From Tubulanus polymorphus (lineage: Eukaryota > Animalia > Nemertea): DNA of 64,000 bases. The stretch is from NCBI RefSeq assembly GCF_964204645.1, contig NC_134027.1, positions 9,332,485 through 9,396,484 on the forward strand. The letters run 5' to 3'. Below, in pieces: positions 49,501-62,128 of this stretch. Numbering within the stretch: the stretch's first letter is position 1; each line of letters opens with the position of its first letter. The notes beneath the pieces are model-generated. The model ran no database searches. It was not told the origin of the DNA and was given only the letters and a program-made list of their open reading frames with translations. The translations under genes and the position numbers were made by a program.

Positions 49501-52500
49501 CTTCGATTGAGTTTCTGACACCGGGCTGTACACCACCCAACATACGTTTCTCATATACGCACTCTTGAGCCTGCGCCTAGAAAAATGGATCATAATTTCA
49601 TAAAATAAACCCGATCTAGGGATAACCACTTCTAGATTTTGATGGGATCCTTACACGGTTGAACCTCTTTAAGACGAAACCTGTTTATCACAATGATGTT
49701 CCAGCATGTCCCAGCTGAGATAATCATATCAGTCAAGATTTGGATAATACGAAACCCGTTTAATACAACAATTTCAATTTTGCCCACATGATTTGTATTA
49801 ACGCGGTTCCACTCTATGAGGGCCTCCAGAGTGACCTATCCAATAAAAACTCATACAATGTTCCCCGCAGAAGCCTGGTAATACCAATCCCTTTCTTGAT
49901 CTGCCCCACTATTCCTGGATACTAAACCAATCCAAAAAATTGTTGCAATGAATAAATATTTTGAAAATCTACTGTTATTTTAACGCTCAAATGTGTTCAA
50001 TCACTCAGGCGCACGACACAGTAACACAGTTAATATAACGCACAGTACTGTGTTAACACCCATCTGCTGGCAACTTCAGGAATCTACTTGGAATTTGAGG
50101 CACTAAATTACGGTGATATTAAACCCCGAAAATTCATCAAAAATACTATTTGACTTACTAGCATCAACTGAATCAACATCTCTAATGTTTTCGACTGCAT
50201 ATCCATACTCGGCGCGTGACTGAAATTCTCGCGTAAATACTTCATGACGCCAGCAGCTCTCTCGAAGTTGACGATCGCCGCGTTCAAGCCATCGGTTTTC
50301 AAGCGATCTTGTTTCGAGGCAATTTGCGAGTAGAGCGCGCCGATGTTGAAGAGTACGCTACCTTTCTCGAAGCCAACCGAACGCTGCGAGCTGGGTACTC
50401 CCGTTAAACTATCATACCTAAAACAATTCAATAATCAGCTCGTTTTTATCAAAGCACATCTGATAATACTAGTACATTGTAATAAAAAAGGGTATCAAAA
50501 CATATTGAGTAAAGCTATTAAGTGACCCTTGCTTAACTCCACATATCTTCATTTATCTATTACCTGAAAACAAAAATTAAACAGTCTACCAAGGATTGAT
50601 CTTAAAGCAGGGATAACCCTGTTATTTATTCAATTGGTAGATTTCGTTTGATTAGTTTTGATTTGTTATCCCTCACAGACCCACCACACCTGCCCGGAAC
50701 GAAACAGGGGGTTCGATACAATCATCACACAGTGATAACAATAGATAGTCAACTATATTAGCAAACAGCAATTAAAATATCTTGAATTCCAAGTCCATGA
50801 GCATCGAGTGCTAAAGCAAGATAGGCAAGCCTATATGAAAGCTTACATACATTTTTCTCATTGATTTATCGGGAGCAATCTCTATTGTGAAGTACTGCTT
50901 CACGTCGATAACAACTAGAGTTAAACGGGTTATTATTAAAAGCCAATCTTATATTGCTTCCGCCGATAGAACAGTTTACTTAAGACGATTGTTCGTGACT
51001 GAAAATTCATCGGAAAAAATGTTGACACAGTTGTCGAAGAAGGTAAATAAACCAATAATGACAACCACACGAGGATATCAGCGACAAAGTTCAATTCTCA
51101 TGGTTAAGTGCCTTCATCATTTCGTGGTTTAGTTCCATTCAGTTTAAATCAACATTTACGCATTTTTGTCAAACTAACAACTGGAATCCGCATTCAATTT
51201 TGTTCGGAAAGCGTTATCAAGACAAGTAGGGCTCCTTAGAGAAAATGTTAGCATTGATAAGCACCCGGGGACAAAATCCCCTTAACAATGATCAAGAAAT
51301 TACACCTAGTAAATGGACACATTGGTGGGGCTTCTATTTAGTCATCATCTGGGACAAAGTCATTACATACCATTGGAAGAATATTCCGTGACTTCGATTT
51401 TGCGTGAAAAATCGTTTGTCGATGAAGTAAAGATGGTTGTAGTATTCGAACAGTAACTGTATGCCGGATTCATTTCTCTGCGGCGTGCGCATTGCCTAAA
51501 AACGAATGACAAGATTAAAATCCCCGATGCGAGGACATGTGCAGCAAAGTCGAAAAATGGTCAACGATAATCATTCAGTTGGTAGAAAGAACAATCACAG
51601 GGAACTTTTTCCCAGGCTTTGAAAAGCTATGGAAATTTTGTTGTTTCTTTCACTATGACTATGGAAAAGGTATAGTATGGAAATTTCAAAAAAAAGAATT
51701 TTCTTTCTATTTTTTATGCCTCAATGTCTTACTACACATATGATTACAAACTTGATAACAATACACTTGGATTTTCTCATCGATGGCACTTCTTAACTTT
51801 GAATGGGCCTGCATTGCCTGTTCTTGAGGATATGGAACTTAGGGGTATGGAAAATCTATAATTCGGGTAGGCCTATGGAAAATGAAACTGGGAAACCTGT
51901 AAGAACCCTGCTGAATTAGAATAATGTACCATGCGCAGATCTCTGAATTCACGAAGCGCGTCTTCATAATTCTCGCTGTCTTCGCTATAATGTTCCAATA
52001 TGAAGTCCTAAAATGACAAGAGAAATAAGATTAAATCGAAGCAGAAATTGTTTTATACGTTGAGATATCATCAGGTAGAAGTATTGCTCGCTATGAGTCT
52101 CCGCTCAAAGTTTTGCTTCAGAAAACAGGTACCTGCCTGGAAACGGGGCTTTGGGGTAGCTTTGTGCCCTTTAAAAAGTCATTGTAAATAAATTTGGGGT
52201 CAATATTTTTCGAAATTTAATCATAATTTTCATTTTTCTTTTTTTTGAAAATAAAAAGTAGGCCTAATCCATTCTAAAGTGTCAGGTACTACTCAGGTTT
52301 AATGTCATTAAATTCATAAATGGAGACGTAGTTTAAGTTAAGGTTATATCGAAAAAATAATATTTAAGATCTGTCCCTTTTCAATAGGACACTGCCCCTT
52401 TTCACGGTGAAAAAATGCCCTTTTTCTTGAAATAGAACTGCCCCTCAAAAAAGCACAGCACGGGCAGGGAAAATGTTATATTTCAGAAAGTCCAATCATT

Positions 52501-55500
52501 AATCCGGGGGTTTTATTTTTTAATGAGGGTTTTTTCTGTGAGACTTCGTAAAAATCAATCATAACTAAATAAAAATAACCATATAAATCACCAGAGAACA
52601 AAAAGGTTTAACGATTCATATATTCGAAATAAAATTGACTCGTCGCATATTTTTCCGAGGAAATTGCGCGCCGGATAAAACAGTGCACTTTTTCTATCAA
52701 ATTAAACGTCAAGTCAACTGCGCACATGGCGTAAGGTGATAAATAATATGACGCACAGGTGCTCGAAAATATATATATTCATATACAATCACATTCGCAC
52801 ATGCTTTGTCTATTACATCAAGCCCTGGGAGATAAATGAAGCATTCCCATGTACGATAGAGACAGCTCTTATTTCAAGTAACAAAAATTTCCTCTCCAAC
52901 GGAAAAATTGTATACAATATATGTACGTGCTGTATTGCTAATTATGCTCTTAATAAAGGGCTATTCAAACTGAGGGATCATCACTATTACTATCAATAAA
53001 CAAGGAGTACATACTTATAGCTCTATAGCATTTGTTTTTGTATACGGTATGTCATCAGGAGGAATAAACTTCATTATACATGTACATCCAACCTATGAGC
53101 AATCATCTCAGCTCATAGGTCCGACCCAGCCACCTCAACTCCAATACCACATAAAAGACCAATGGTCTAGTAATTCACATGACCATGTTCAAGTGACCAT
53201 TAACGGGTATAGATCGATATTTGCATTGCCTTGCAAGCCTTCAAAAGGCGCAATCGAAATCAAACCACAACTAAAATACGGTTGCAAAGCAGCGATAACA
53301 GGTTTTCTGCCTTGCTTACTATGAAGTAAACAAAACTGATACTGAATTGAGTTTTTAAGGTTTATACCACCTAGTGGAAATAATATGAACTAACTATATA
53401 GAGCGTTGTAAGTCATTCAATATCCGGTGTGCATGTATCAATTTTCATCAAAATCCCTTTATCTGGTGATTAACTACTTACCTGATAGGCCTAGATAAAA
53501 TTGTAATTTTTCATGCCTGGTAGACTGATATAAATCTCAGTATTCAGAGTTCATTAGCAAAACACACAGTTGATGACTTAACAATTCATTCAATCTGACA
53601 TTTACTAAATCGTCAATTAATAGTTATTGATTATTAATGATTATTAAGTCATCAACTATGGGTTTTGCCCATAAGCAATTTTCTAATGTTTTTTGTAGGT
53701 GGCATTACTGGAGAATCTTGAGTTACCCTGTCAACAAAACACCATTACAAGCGTAAGGGCTTCCAAACACAAAAGCAAACTCTATACTTTATGGTAATGA
53801 GCTGAGAGAATAAATCTTGTAAAAAAGCTGGAGGTACCCATATTTGACCTCCTACAGCCAGAACAGAATATTGTAAAAATGCACGCAATAAAGTTCGGAT
53901 CATAGGAAACAACTTTAGCGCTCAGGCCATGCTCAAAGATCTAACAGAGAACGTTTTCTAGCTAACTTCTTATACTTAGCGCTTAAACTGAATTTTGAAA
54001 GTTCAATGCCTCTTTGCTCTTAGAGCATAAACTAAGATGCTAATCATGATAACTGAGTAACATAGGTAGACTAAATGTAGGTAATCTATAGTGGTAAATT
54101 AAGTATGTATATTTAAGAAAGAAATATACTTTCATTAGATAGAGTGTTAATTTGTATGTTACTGCAAATACATGGAAAGGAGGAAAAACTTAACAATAAC
54201 CATATATATACCGAAACAAGTGAAATATTGTTTGCATAATTTTCATAGATCTTTACCTTGGATGAATTTGGATTCATACAGAACTTTCAGATAATAAATT
54301 GACATTACATTACACCTCCGTTCAAAAAATCAAATCCAAGGACCTTATCAATAAAAAGCGTGCCATCCATTTACTAATAACATTATTGTCTATAGGCAAA
54401 TGTATTGAAAGAGTGACCTCATCTCTACAGGTTTGCTAATACAATTGATCAGCAAAGTTAAAACCTTTTTCGTTCAGAGAAAGCTTCAGTTGCGTGCCAA
54501 CATCAGCGTATAGTGACAAATTGAATTATCAACCTGGCCGGGAGCACCTTTTTAGGAATGAACATCGCGTATGAAGGTGGTCAGGAAATCCGAAGGAACT
54601 TATCAGAGGCAGGTGATGGGTAGTGCGCCATCACACACTCAGGTTCGATTAGCTTCCTTCAGCGGTCTGGGCTTTAATAAAAGGACTAATACAGACAGAA
54701 TCCGATAGATAAAAATACAGAAGCCACGAATACGATTTATTTCAGAATTCTTCTTCGAAATCAATCCCCACTCGTTCTACAATAATTTGGCAAATTTTGA
54801 TATACAGCTCGGTAAAAAATGGATTTCATCACCAACATCAAACACATGCGCGAATGGCCTCAAAGCCAAGTAACAATAATGTCTCATCAATTTTCAAATA
54901 GTTTCCTGTGATACACCCAAAACACACTGACATTTCAATCGGTGAGTTATAGATTGATAAACAACGAATATGTATCAAAATTCTCACGCGAAAAACAACA
55001 CAAAAATTCCAATAATCACCTGAAAGGGAAACTCCCAACGTGAGTATTTTCAACCCATTTTTTTAAAAGTTCCTATTCATGGATTTATAAGTAAGCGGAT
55101 ACGAAGATAATGAGGGGAGCAACCAGGGGCGGATCTAGAAAATTTGAAATGGGTGGGAGGGGGCACTTGCATAGTGGCTTATTAGCTGAAAACAGTTTCC
55201 CCGGAAAATTTTGAAAAATTGATGGTATAAGATCCTTTCCTGCATCTAAAATCATAATTTCAAAAAATGAATTCTAAAATCATTCCTGCGATACTTTCCT
55301 CATGTTTGCTGACAATACTCGAGAAAGATGGAATGTGTGCACCCCTTTAAATCCGCCACTACATACTCAATTCTTTATTTGAACAGGCCTATCAAATACA
55401 GCTATGCTTCGATAATAATGTAGGCTATAAAACAGGTAAGTTCTAGCTGGGGTTTTCTTGAAATAGAAGTACTGACTTTCTGATCATACTTAGTTCCATT

Positions 55501-58020
55501 GATTCAGTTCACTTCCTACTTCTGACATATGACGTATTAAAAACAACATTACAACTATCTGAGACCAAAAATGCTTTGAATATAGGCCTATTCATATTTT
55601 CCTAGTCTTACGCCTCATAAACGTTAAGCGCTTGGGTAGTAGGCACCAAAAATGAAAATCTGGAAGTATCTGGTATTTATGAGCGCGTCTTTATCACGCA
55701 AAGATAATCACTTTTTTACCACCGGGTTTTTATTGTAGCATATACGCAATTTTACGCTGGAACTATCTCGAAGCCGCCGGAATAGGTCGAAGGTTCTTTT
55801 CACAACTGAAAAATGTTATCAGTCGCACACGTGGTGGTGTTGTTGCAATACAACTGATCGACCGACGTACTACACAACAGTCGAGTCTGATTCTTTCCGC
55901 CATCGATAAATCAATAGGAGAAAATCGTATCGATCTCGTCCGGAGAATTGACGTGTTCTCATTTTGCCGCATAAAAGAGGAGTGTTAAAGATTAAAACGT
56001 CACAGCGAATCTCCGATGAGGAACTAATAAAAAATTATTACCAGATAGAAGACAAACAGGCCCGTAAAGAGTGTGGTTGTTTTGATGTAGAGTACAGAAC
56101 TTTTTGAAACAGCTCTCTAGGGAAAAAGTGAAATGAATGCCATGAATTTCTTTGATCTACAGCGCATTTCTCTTAAAATATGCAACAAGTTCCTTACAAT
56201 TAAACGTCCCGCCTCAACTGTCTTTGTTCGTATCAACCGCTTCTACTAGAATTACTAAACGTAACAGGTCTGTGGAGCATCAATTTTTCATATCGTGCGA
56301 AATTAATCGGGGGCCGATTCATTATTGATGCAGCTATTGAGCAACATCTAATCAAAGATATACCATATACGGAATATTAACTACACATATCGCTATATGA
56401 AAACCGGAGTTGAACTCTGCGTACGAGGAAGATTAGTCCTATACCCCCTATGTGACCCGGCCACGCTATGAAGCTCACCGAACTACTTGACCGTCACACT
56501 AACATACAGACATGAACACACGTGTGTATGTCATGTAACAGAAGTGTACTAAAATATGTGTCTGCCGAGAACACTATCGAGATAAATTACACAGATTGCG
56601 CACCCGATTAAATCATAGTCAATCTAATCAGATATCTCGCAAATTTTCTATATAACGTCCCAATATTTAAAATAATATGCTCTAGCATCAAGTTAGGCAT
56701 CAATGTGTAATTTGACTCTAACAAACAAGTTCAAGGCCTGTGACATTGTTATTTGTACACTGGGATGGGCTGAAAAAATATTGCGTTAGTCTCAGTCTTT
56801 TGAACATACGAAGATTGTCAGTAGAAATCTAAACAAACAGTGAAGGTTAACACTTTTATGAGGGTACACGTACTTATCAATTTGACAAACAATTGCTGAT
56901 CCATAGACAAACCAAGTGAAAGGCTAAAATGGCTACGAGCATAATCCGTATTGAAAAAATCGTACTAACCTTGAACTGAGTAGACACCTCAACGTCCTTG
57001 GTCTCTTTCAGCCCTAATGGTATCATCGGTACAGACTGGGCCGTCCTGAAATGTATTCATCTTTATTCACAAGACAATCTTTGACAGGATAACGGCCTCC
57101 GTCGCCGACATGAATACTGATTACTTACTCTCCATTTTGGTAAATTTCCACTGAACTGTTCAATTCAGCTAGCTCCTCCTTGAGAAGTTGTAAGTTTGAG
57201 TTGGTGAAAGTTAACTCAAGTGATATTGTGTCGCGAAGTTTTTTGCTTTCAGTGGCCCTAAAAATTAGTGTAGTGATTTTTACTTTTCAAAGTAATTAAC
57301 AAAAATTTATAAAATCAAACATATACTAAAATTAGAAATGCAAATACCCGGTAGATGAAACACCCGTGGCCTCTAAGTAGGTCTTGGAAAGAGTTTAAAA
57401 ACCCTGGGCCCGGTCTCATAGATTGAATACCAAAGTTACCCCTTGGGGTAAATCCTCAATGTGGGTGACAACAACCATATAGTAACAGAAACCATGGTTT
57501 ATATTCGACAAAATGACAGGGAGTGAACCGCAACCAAACAGCATTTCAGAGACCGATGAGAAAATTATCGAGCTGTCCCAGGGATTAGTTTGTTTTCACA
57601 TCTTTGAAACCCAGCTCTGGTAGAAAACAGACAGGTCCAGTCATTAATAGATTTCATATCTTCCTAATTCCTCATCTAATACCAGGTCATTACGTAAGGC
57701 TAATCGGAGGTTTAAAATTGAATAAGAATCTATGAAGTAAACAATCGACGATTTTCCCTGAAGTACAGGTTTTTCTGCGCAGTTGGCCTTTATTTAAAGA
57801 ATCAATTCATAATCGACGCAAATGTCAACAATGTTAATGATGAGCACCATATGTTTGTGTGTGAGTGTGCACGTATTTGTATGCGCAACAAAATTCAATA
57901 AAACAACGCCCACCATATCTATTTCATTATTTCTAGATGGCGAAATATTATCATTTATGAATTTGATATGCCGAGTAAGAACATTAGATCATAAATCCAT
58001 ACCAGTACATAGGCCGTAAT

Positions 58021-58095
<75 letters not shown>

Positions 58096-59950
58096 TATAT
58101 TAAAGAGAGGAATAAGTCCACCACACCTATCTTCATGAGTTACTTAAAAGTCAATATAACAAATCTTCTTATAAGCCCTAACAAAATCCCTGTTACGCAT
58201 ATAATAAAATGCTTGTCAGTCTTAAATGAAGGATTCTACATTAAATTTCAATTGGGTATTACCATTAATATTTGCAAGGAGGACACTTTTTTAACTGCAC
58301 CTCCTTCCCTTATGGCCCTGTCCAGAAATAGCCTAGACAAAATATTTGCACCATTGCTGATAAGTCTAATTAAAAAAACTGAATCAGATGAACCCCTACT
58401 ATGAATTGTGCTCAAATTGGATGAATAAATCATTTCCATAGCAAACCCATATCTAGAGCCATTATAAATGATGTAGGCAAGGAATTCTTCTATTGTTTAC
58501 AAAGACTGCAGTCCACAAAGAACTATATCACGCCTACAAGAATTCATGTCAACAGCCACTTTAACTCAAGAGCGCTGGTATTTTTTTGCTTTTTAAGGAC
58601 ATATAAGCCTAGGGTAAAACTTGATTTCGTGTAGATCATCTAAGAAAGACGTAATGTTGTGATATTTTTACGCAATCGAATTCAAAGAACTACATGACAG
58701 CAATCTCAAGTCATTCTAAATTCTGAATCACTGTTAATGAGGAAAAAGCATGTAAAACTATTGTCTTGTGTCACTAGAAATTTATTCCAAGAACAGTCAT
58801 AACTTAGTCGTTCATCAGTCACAGATAGCCTAAATGTCTAGTTACCCAGACATGCTATCGCTTAATCAAATTATCTAAAACTTGATTAAAAAGATTTGTC
58901 AAATGCTCATTACATGCATACTTCAAGCCGGTTTAGTCATCAATCTTAGAAGCATCAAGTCTTTCAATTCAGCTTAGTGTCTTGAATGAATAATTTACTA
59001 AGCTGTTAAAATCTCAAATAAACTTTCACTTGTGAAAATCTGTTGAAAGCTGTTAGGCTATACCACCCAGGGGTGGATTTAGGCAAGGTTGGTATTGGGG
59101 TCCTGACCCCTGCCTGAGCTTGCCCTTTTCATCAGGCAAAGATCATTAAAATGATGCAAATTAACATTCATCCTTTCGGAAATTGTATATATATTGCTTA
59201 AAAAATATCGAACACCAAAAGGAGGTACCCCGATAGTAGTAAGCCTATATGACATGGCTGTTTTAATCTAAAAACCTTTTCTTTACTTCTGGGCCCTGGC
59301 CACCCTTCCCAACATACAGAGGACTAGCTCTTACTTGAATAGGTTCTCAGCACCTGCTCTCATACGCAATTCTCTGTTGATTTGGTCATTCAGTTTTGAC
59401 CTCTGTTTCTGAAGACGTCCGCGAGCAGTTGCCAGAATTGGATCCGAGCCCTGAAAATAGCGCAATCAAAGCAAGCGAAATCAGACTGGAATTTGCCAAA
59501 AATTATGAACCCCTTCATTAAACTGGACAGTGGTTTAGTTACAAGATTGGATATTTTTCAATAAAAGCTATTGTAATAATAAAGCAATTAGGGCAATGTA
59601 GCCAATATTCTTAGTTAGAACGCTAATAAAAGGCAAATCTTTTTTAGGCCAATCATTTATTCGTAGTTCAACCTATAATAATTCAAAGGCTAGGCCTATT
59701 ATAGCTTGCCTTTAAGGACTTTATTACAACAATATCCCAGCAAAAGCTAGCCACAAAAGATTTCCAGCGGGGAGTCCATAAATGGTTAAGCTTTAACGGT
59801 AACAGCTGTTAAACTATGTAAACATTCAACAACCTGACGTATGTTCAATAAAGTTTCATTGATTTTAGTATCATTCTCAAAATCTCGTACCTTTCTCCTC
59901 ATTTCCGACTGCAATAACGTTAATTCTTTAGTCCTCGGAAGAGTCGTCAT
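46561..59950 (-). CDS. RHPN: Rhophilin (HR1-BRO1-PDZ Rho effector), ~664 aa, 16 exons
   Basis: Exons 59950-59891, 59450-59335, 57257-57129, 57045-56970, 52007-51930, 51495-51371, 50417-50159, 49576-49481, 49391-49235, 49138-49066, 48929-48880, 48189-48069, 47734-47661, 47567-47491, 47411-47250, 46902-46561; 1995 nt in frame. HR1 (RGRLQKQRSKLNDQINRELRMRAGAENLF), PMIPLGLKETK, BRO1 (DFILEHYSED, WYDSLTG, FEKGSVLFNIGALYSQI, AQAQEC), PDZ (YGFSVRG..GDFIVAI..SHEEVV). Confidence 0.95.
49655..49815. mobile_element. Tc1/mariner-like MITE remnant in a rhophilin intron
   Basis: CGGTTGAACCTCTTTAA ... TTAACGCGGTTCCACT inverted termini resembling the 8620 family; decayed. Confidence 0.45.
55124..55360. mobile_element. 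CAGGGGCGGATC-type MITE in rhophilin intron 4
   Basis: CAGGGGCGGATCTA ... TAAATCCGCCACT inverted termini; related ends at ~12099 and ~59068. Confidence 0.55.
58023..58092. repeat. (AT)n microsatellite, ~35 units
   Basis: Perfect dinucleotide run read directly. Confidence 0.98.
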
Positions 59951-60589
59951 CTCGATTAATCCCACGAAAATGCGTTAGTATCGAAAAAGAGTTCCCGCAA
60001 CACGAATCACGACATTATTCCATAGTTTTAGGCGTGTTCGTCTACCCACCACACGTCGATGACTCGACTGACAGTTATAGCAGTGTTGACATCGATCGTT
60101 TCGGGGACGATTTCACAAAATAAATTTTCGCGAAACCTAGGCCTACTGATCAGTACAGTGATGTAAATTCCAACGCGGAAAATTTGTTTACTACAATGGT
60201 ATGATGCAACAGAACAATTTTGGTGATGAAAGATTTTGTAACAATGACGCATTTCAATACGACTGAATTAAAGCGCCCTTCCAAGTTTAGCAGTAGAAGA
60301 CGGTCCCTCGATTAACCAATTATCGAAAACCTATAGAATAAACTGAAATTCAGGCTAGTGATTGTTATAGGCTACAATTTGATTAATTGATCAGAACCGG
60401 TTCTAAGTTAAAACGTCGAATATTCCCAACTTCTTTTTGAACTGGGCCAAATAGCCAAAATAAAATAAAATTGAATTGGTCTTAGATTCAAGAAGTGTTC
60501 GTGTAACACGGTGCATTTTGCCAAGTACACGTCGGTCTGCCGGTCGCAGAAAATCTAAAATTTATTTGTGATTTCTGTATATTTTAATC
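59951..60589. promoter_or_regulatory. Bidirectional promoter region between rhophilin and RAB5IF
   Basis: Divergent ATGs ~640 bp apart; locally CpG-rich; E2F-like TTCCCGC (~59993) and TTTCGCG (~60126). Confidence 0.5.
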
Positions 60590-62128
60590 ATGACCTCGGT
60601 TCACAAACGAAACGAAAAAGATACGAATGTATCGTACTCATCAGTCGATATCAGAGCAACGCTTAATAAAGCGCTGACCGCTGAATCGGATTGGTCAGAT
60701 AAGGTAAACCGTATCATCAATCAAGCAGTTTAACAAACTTAAATTGAATTAAATTTTATTGAAATGAATTCTAGACCTGTTTCACATGTTTCAAGTTATT
60801 AGTCATCCAACCAAGATGGAGATATGATATCAGAACCAGCAGTCATACCAATTTACATAGTCAGATACGGCAAATCATAAAAGCATCATATTGTCTGAAA
60901 CTTAATATATCTGTGGCATTGGGAAGCAATTTTTGATTGCTGCGGCCAATGGCAATTGCCCAATTTTGACAGGTTCCAATGCGGCAAATTTACTTCAAAA
61001 AACATAGCATAAAAAGAAAAAAAAACGTCATTTGGTATATCGTCGCTACAATCATTACAGTTCCAACACCACTGCTTGCCTACAAAAATAAGAAGATAAA
61101 GATATACCATTTTCATAAGATAAAGAAAATTTACAGAACGGAACTGACCTGGCTGCTGGATTTCATTTTGTGCGAATTGATTTTACCGAATTTTTTCATC
61201 GATTTTAATGGCCTGGCCTGTCATGAGATAATAGCTAAAATATCGGTAGGTCAATATCTTTCTGATTTATATTGTAGGATGAACTGTTGGATGTAATTTA
61301 TTGGATGAGACAGATTATAGGTGTTATCATTGGTTTAGTATGGGGTATATTGCCGATGAAAGGTGTTTTAGCCATTATTTTGTAAGTAATACATTCCGAT
61401 TCATCTGTGATATTGTGTCTAAGTCTTAAGGAGCCTTGTTGATCATAAAAATCTGTAATTATACGGTATAATTATGATCCAGTATCTCCCCACTTGGTTG
61501 TGTGGTATATACCTCCACTCACAATGAAGTTGGCTTACTTGTAGTTGGCTTATCCATCCAGGCACTAATATTGTGCTATGTAATTAGTATTTAAATAAAC
61601 TATGAGACCAGTCTGCTCTGATGAATACTCGAATTATTTGTCATTTTGTTCATTTTCTCGAATGTTTTTTTTTTCCAGATTTTTCCTTATCAATGCAGCC
61701 ATAGTTTATTTCTACTTCAACTCATTTCAAAAACTCGACGAAGAAGAATACGGCGGAATATTAGAAATATTAAAAGAAGGATTGATGACATCGTTTGCGT
61801 CATTTATAGTAAGAATCGCAGTTAACTGAGACCAGTATTTGATATGTTCCTACAATGGATCCACTGTTGGGAGCCAGGACCATTTGGAATATGATAAAAT
61901 ATATGTTGAAAGTCTAAATAAACTGAACTGATAATAAATGATTGTTAATAACTAGAAGTTCAACTAGAGCAATGATCTGTTTTTAAGAACGCTTCCATGT
62001 AAAACAAAGCTGACTTATGTTTCGGTTTGCTGTTTAGTTCAAACAACTTTTTGATGTTGTCTTGTAACAGTTGTTTTCCATATTTTCAGGTCACTTGGAT
62101 CATTCTTTATTCGGCGTTGCATGCGTAG
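60590..62128 (+). CDS. RAB5IF: RAB5IF / C20orf24 (OPTI, EMC6-Rab5ip family) small membrane protein, 128 aa, 4 exons
   Basis: Exons 60590-60703, 61278-61381, 61679-61808, 62090-62128 (387 nt). WSDKDELLDVIYWMRQIIGVIIGLVWGILPMKG, QKLDEEEYGG..EILKEGLMTSFASFIVTWIILYS. Confidence 0.93.
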
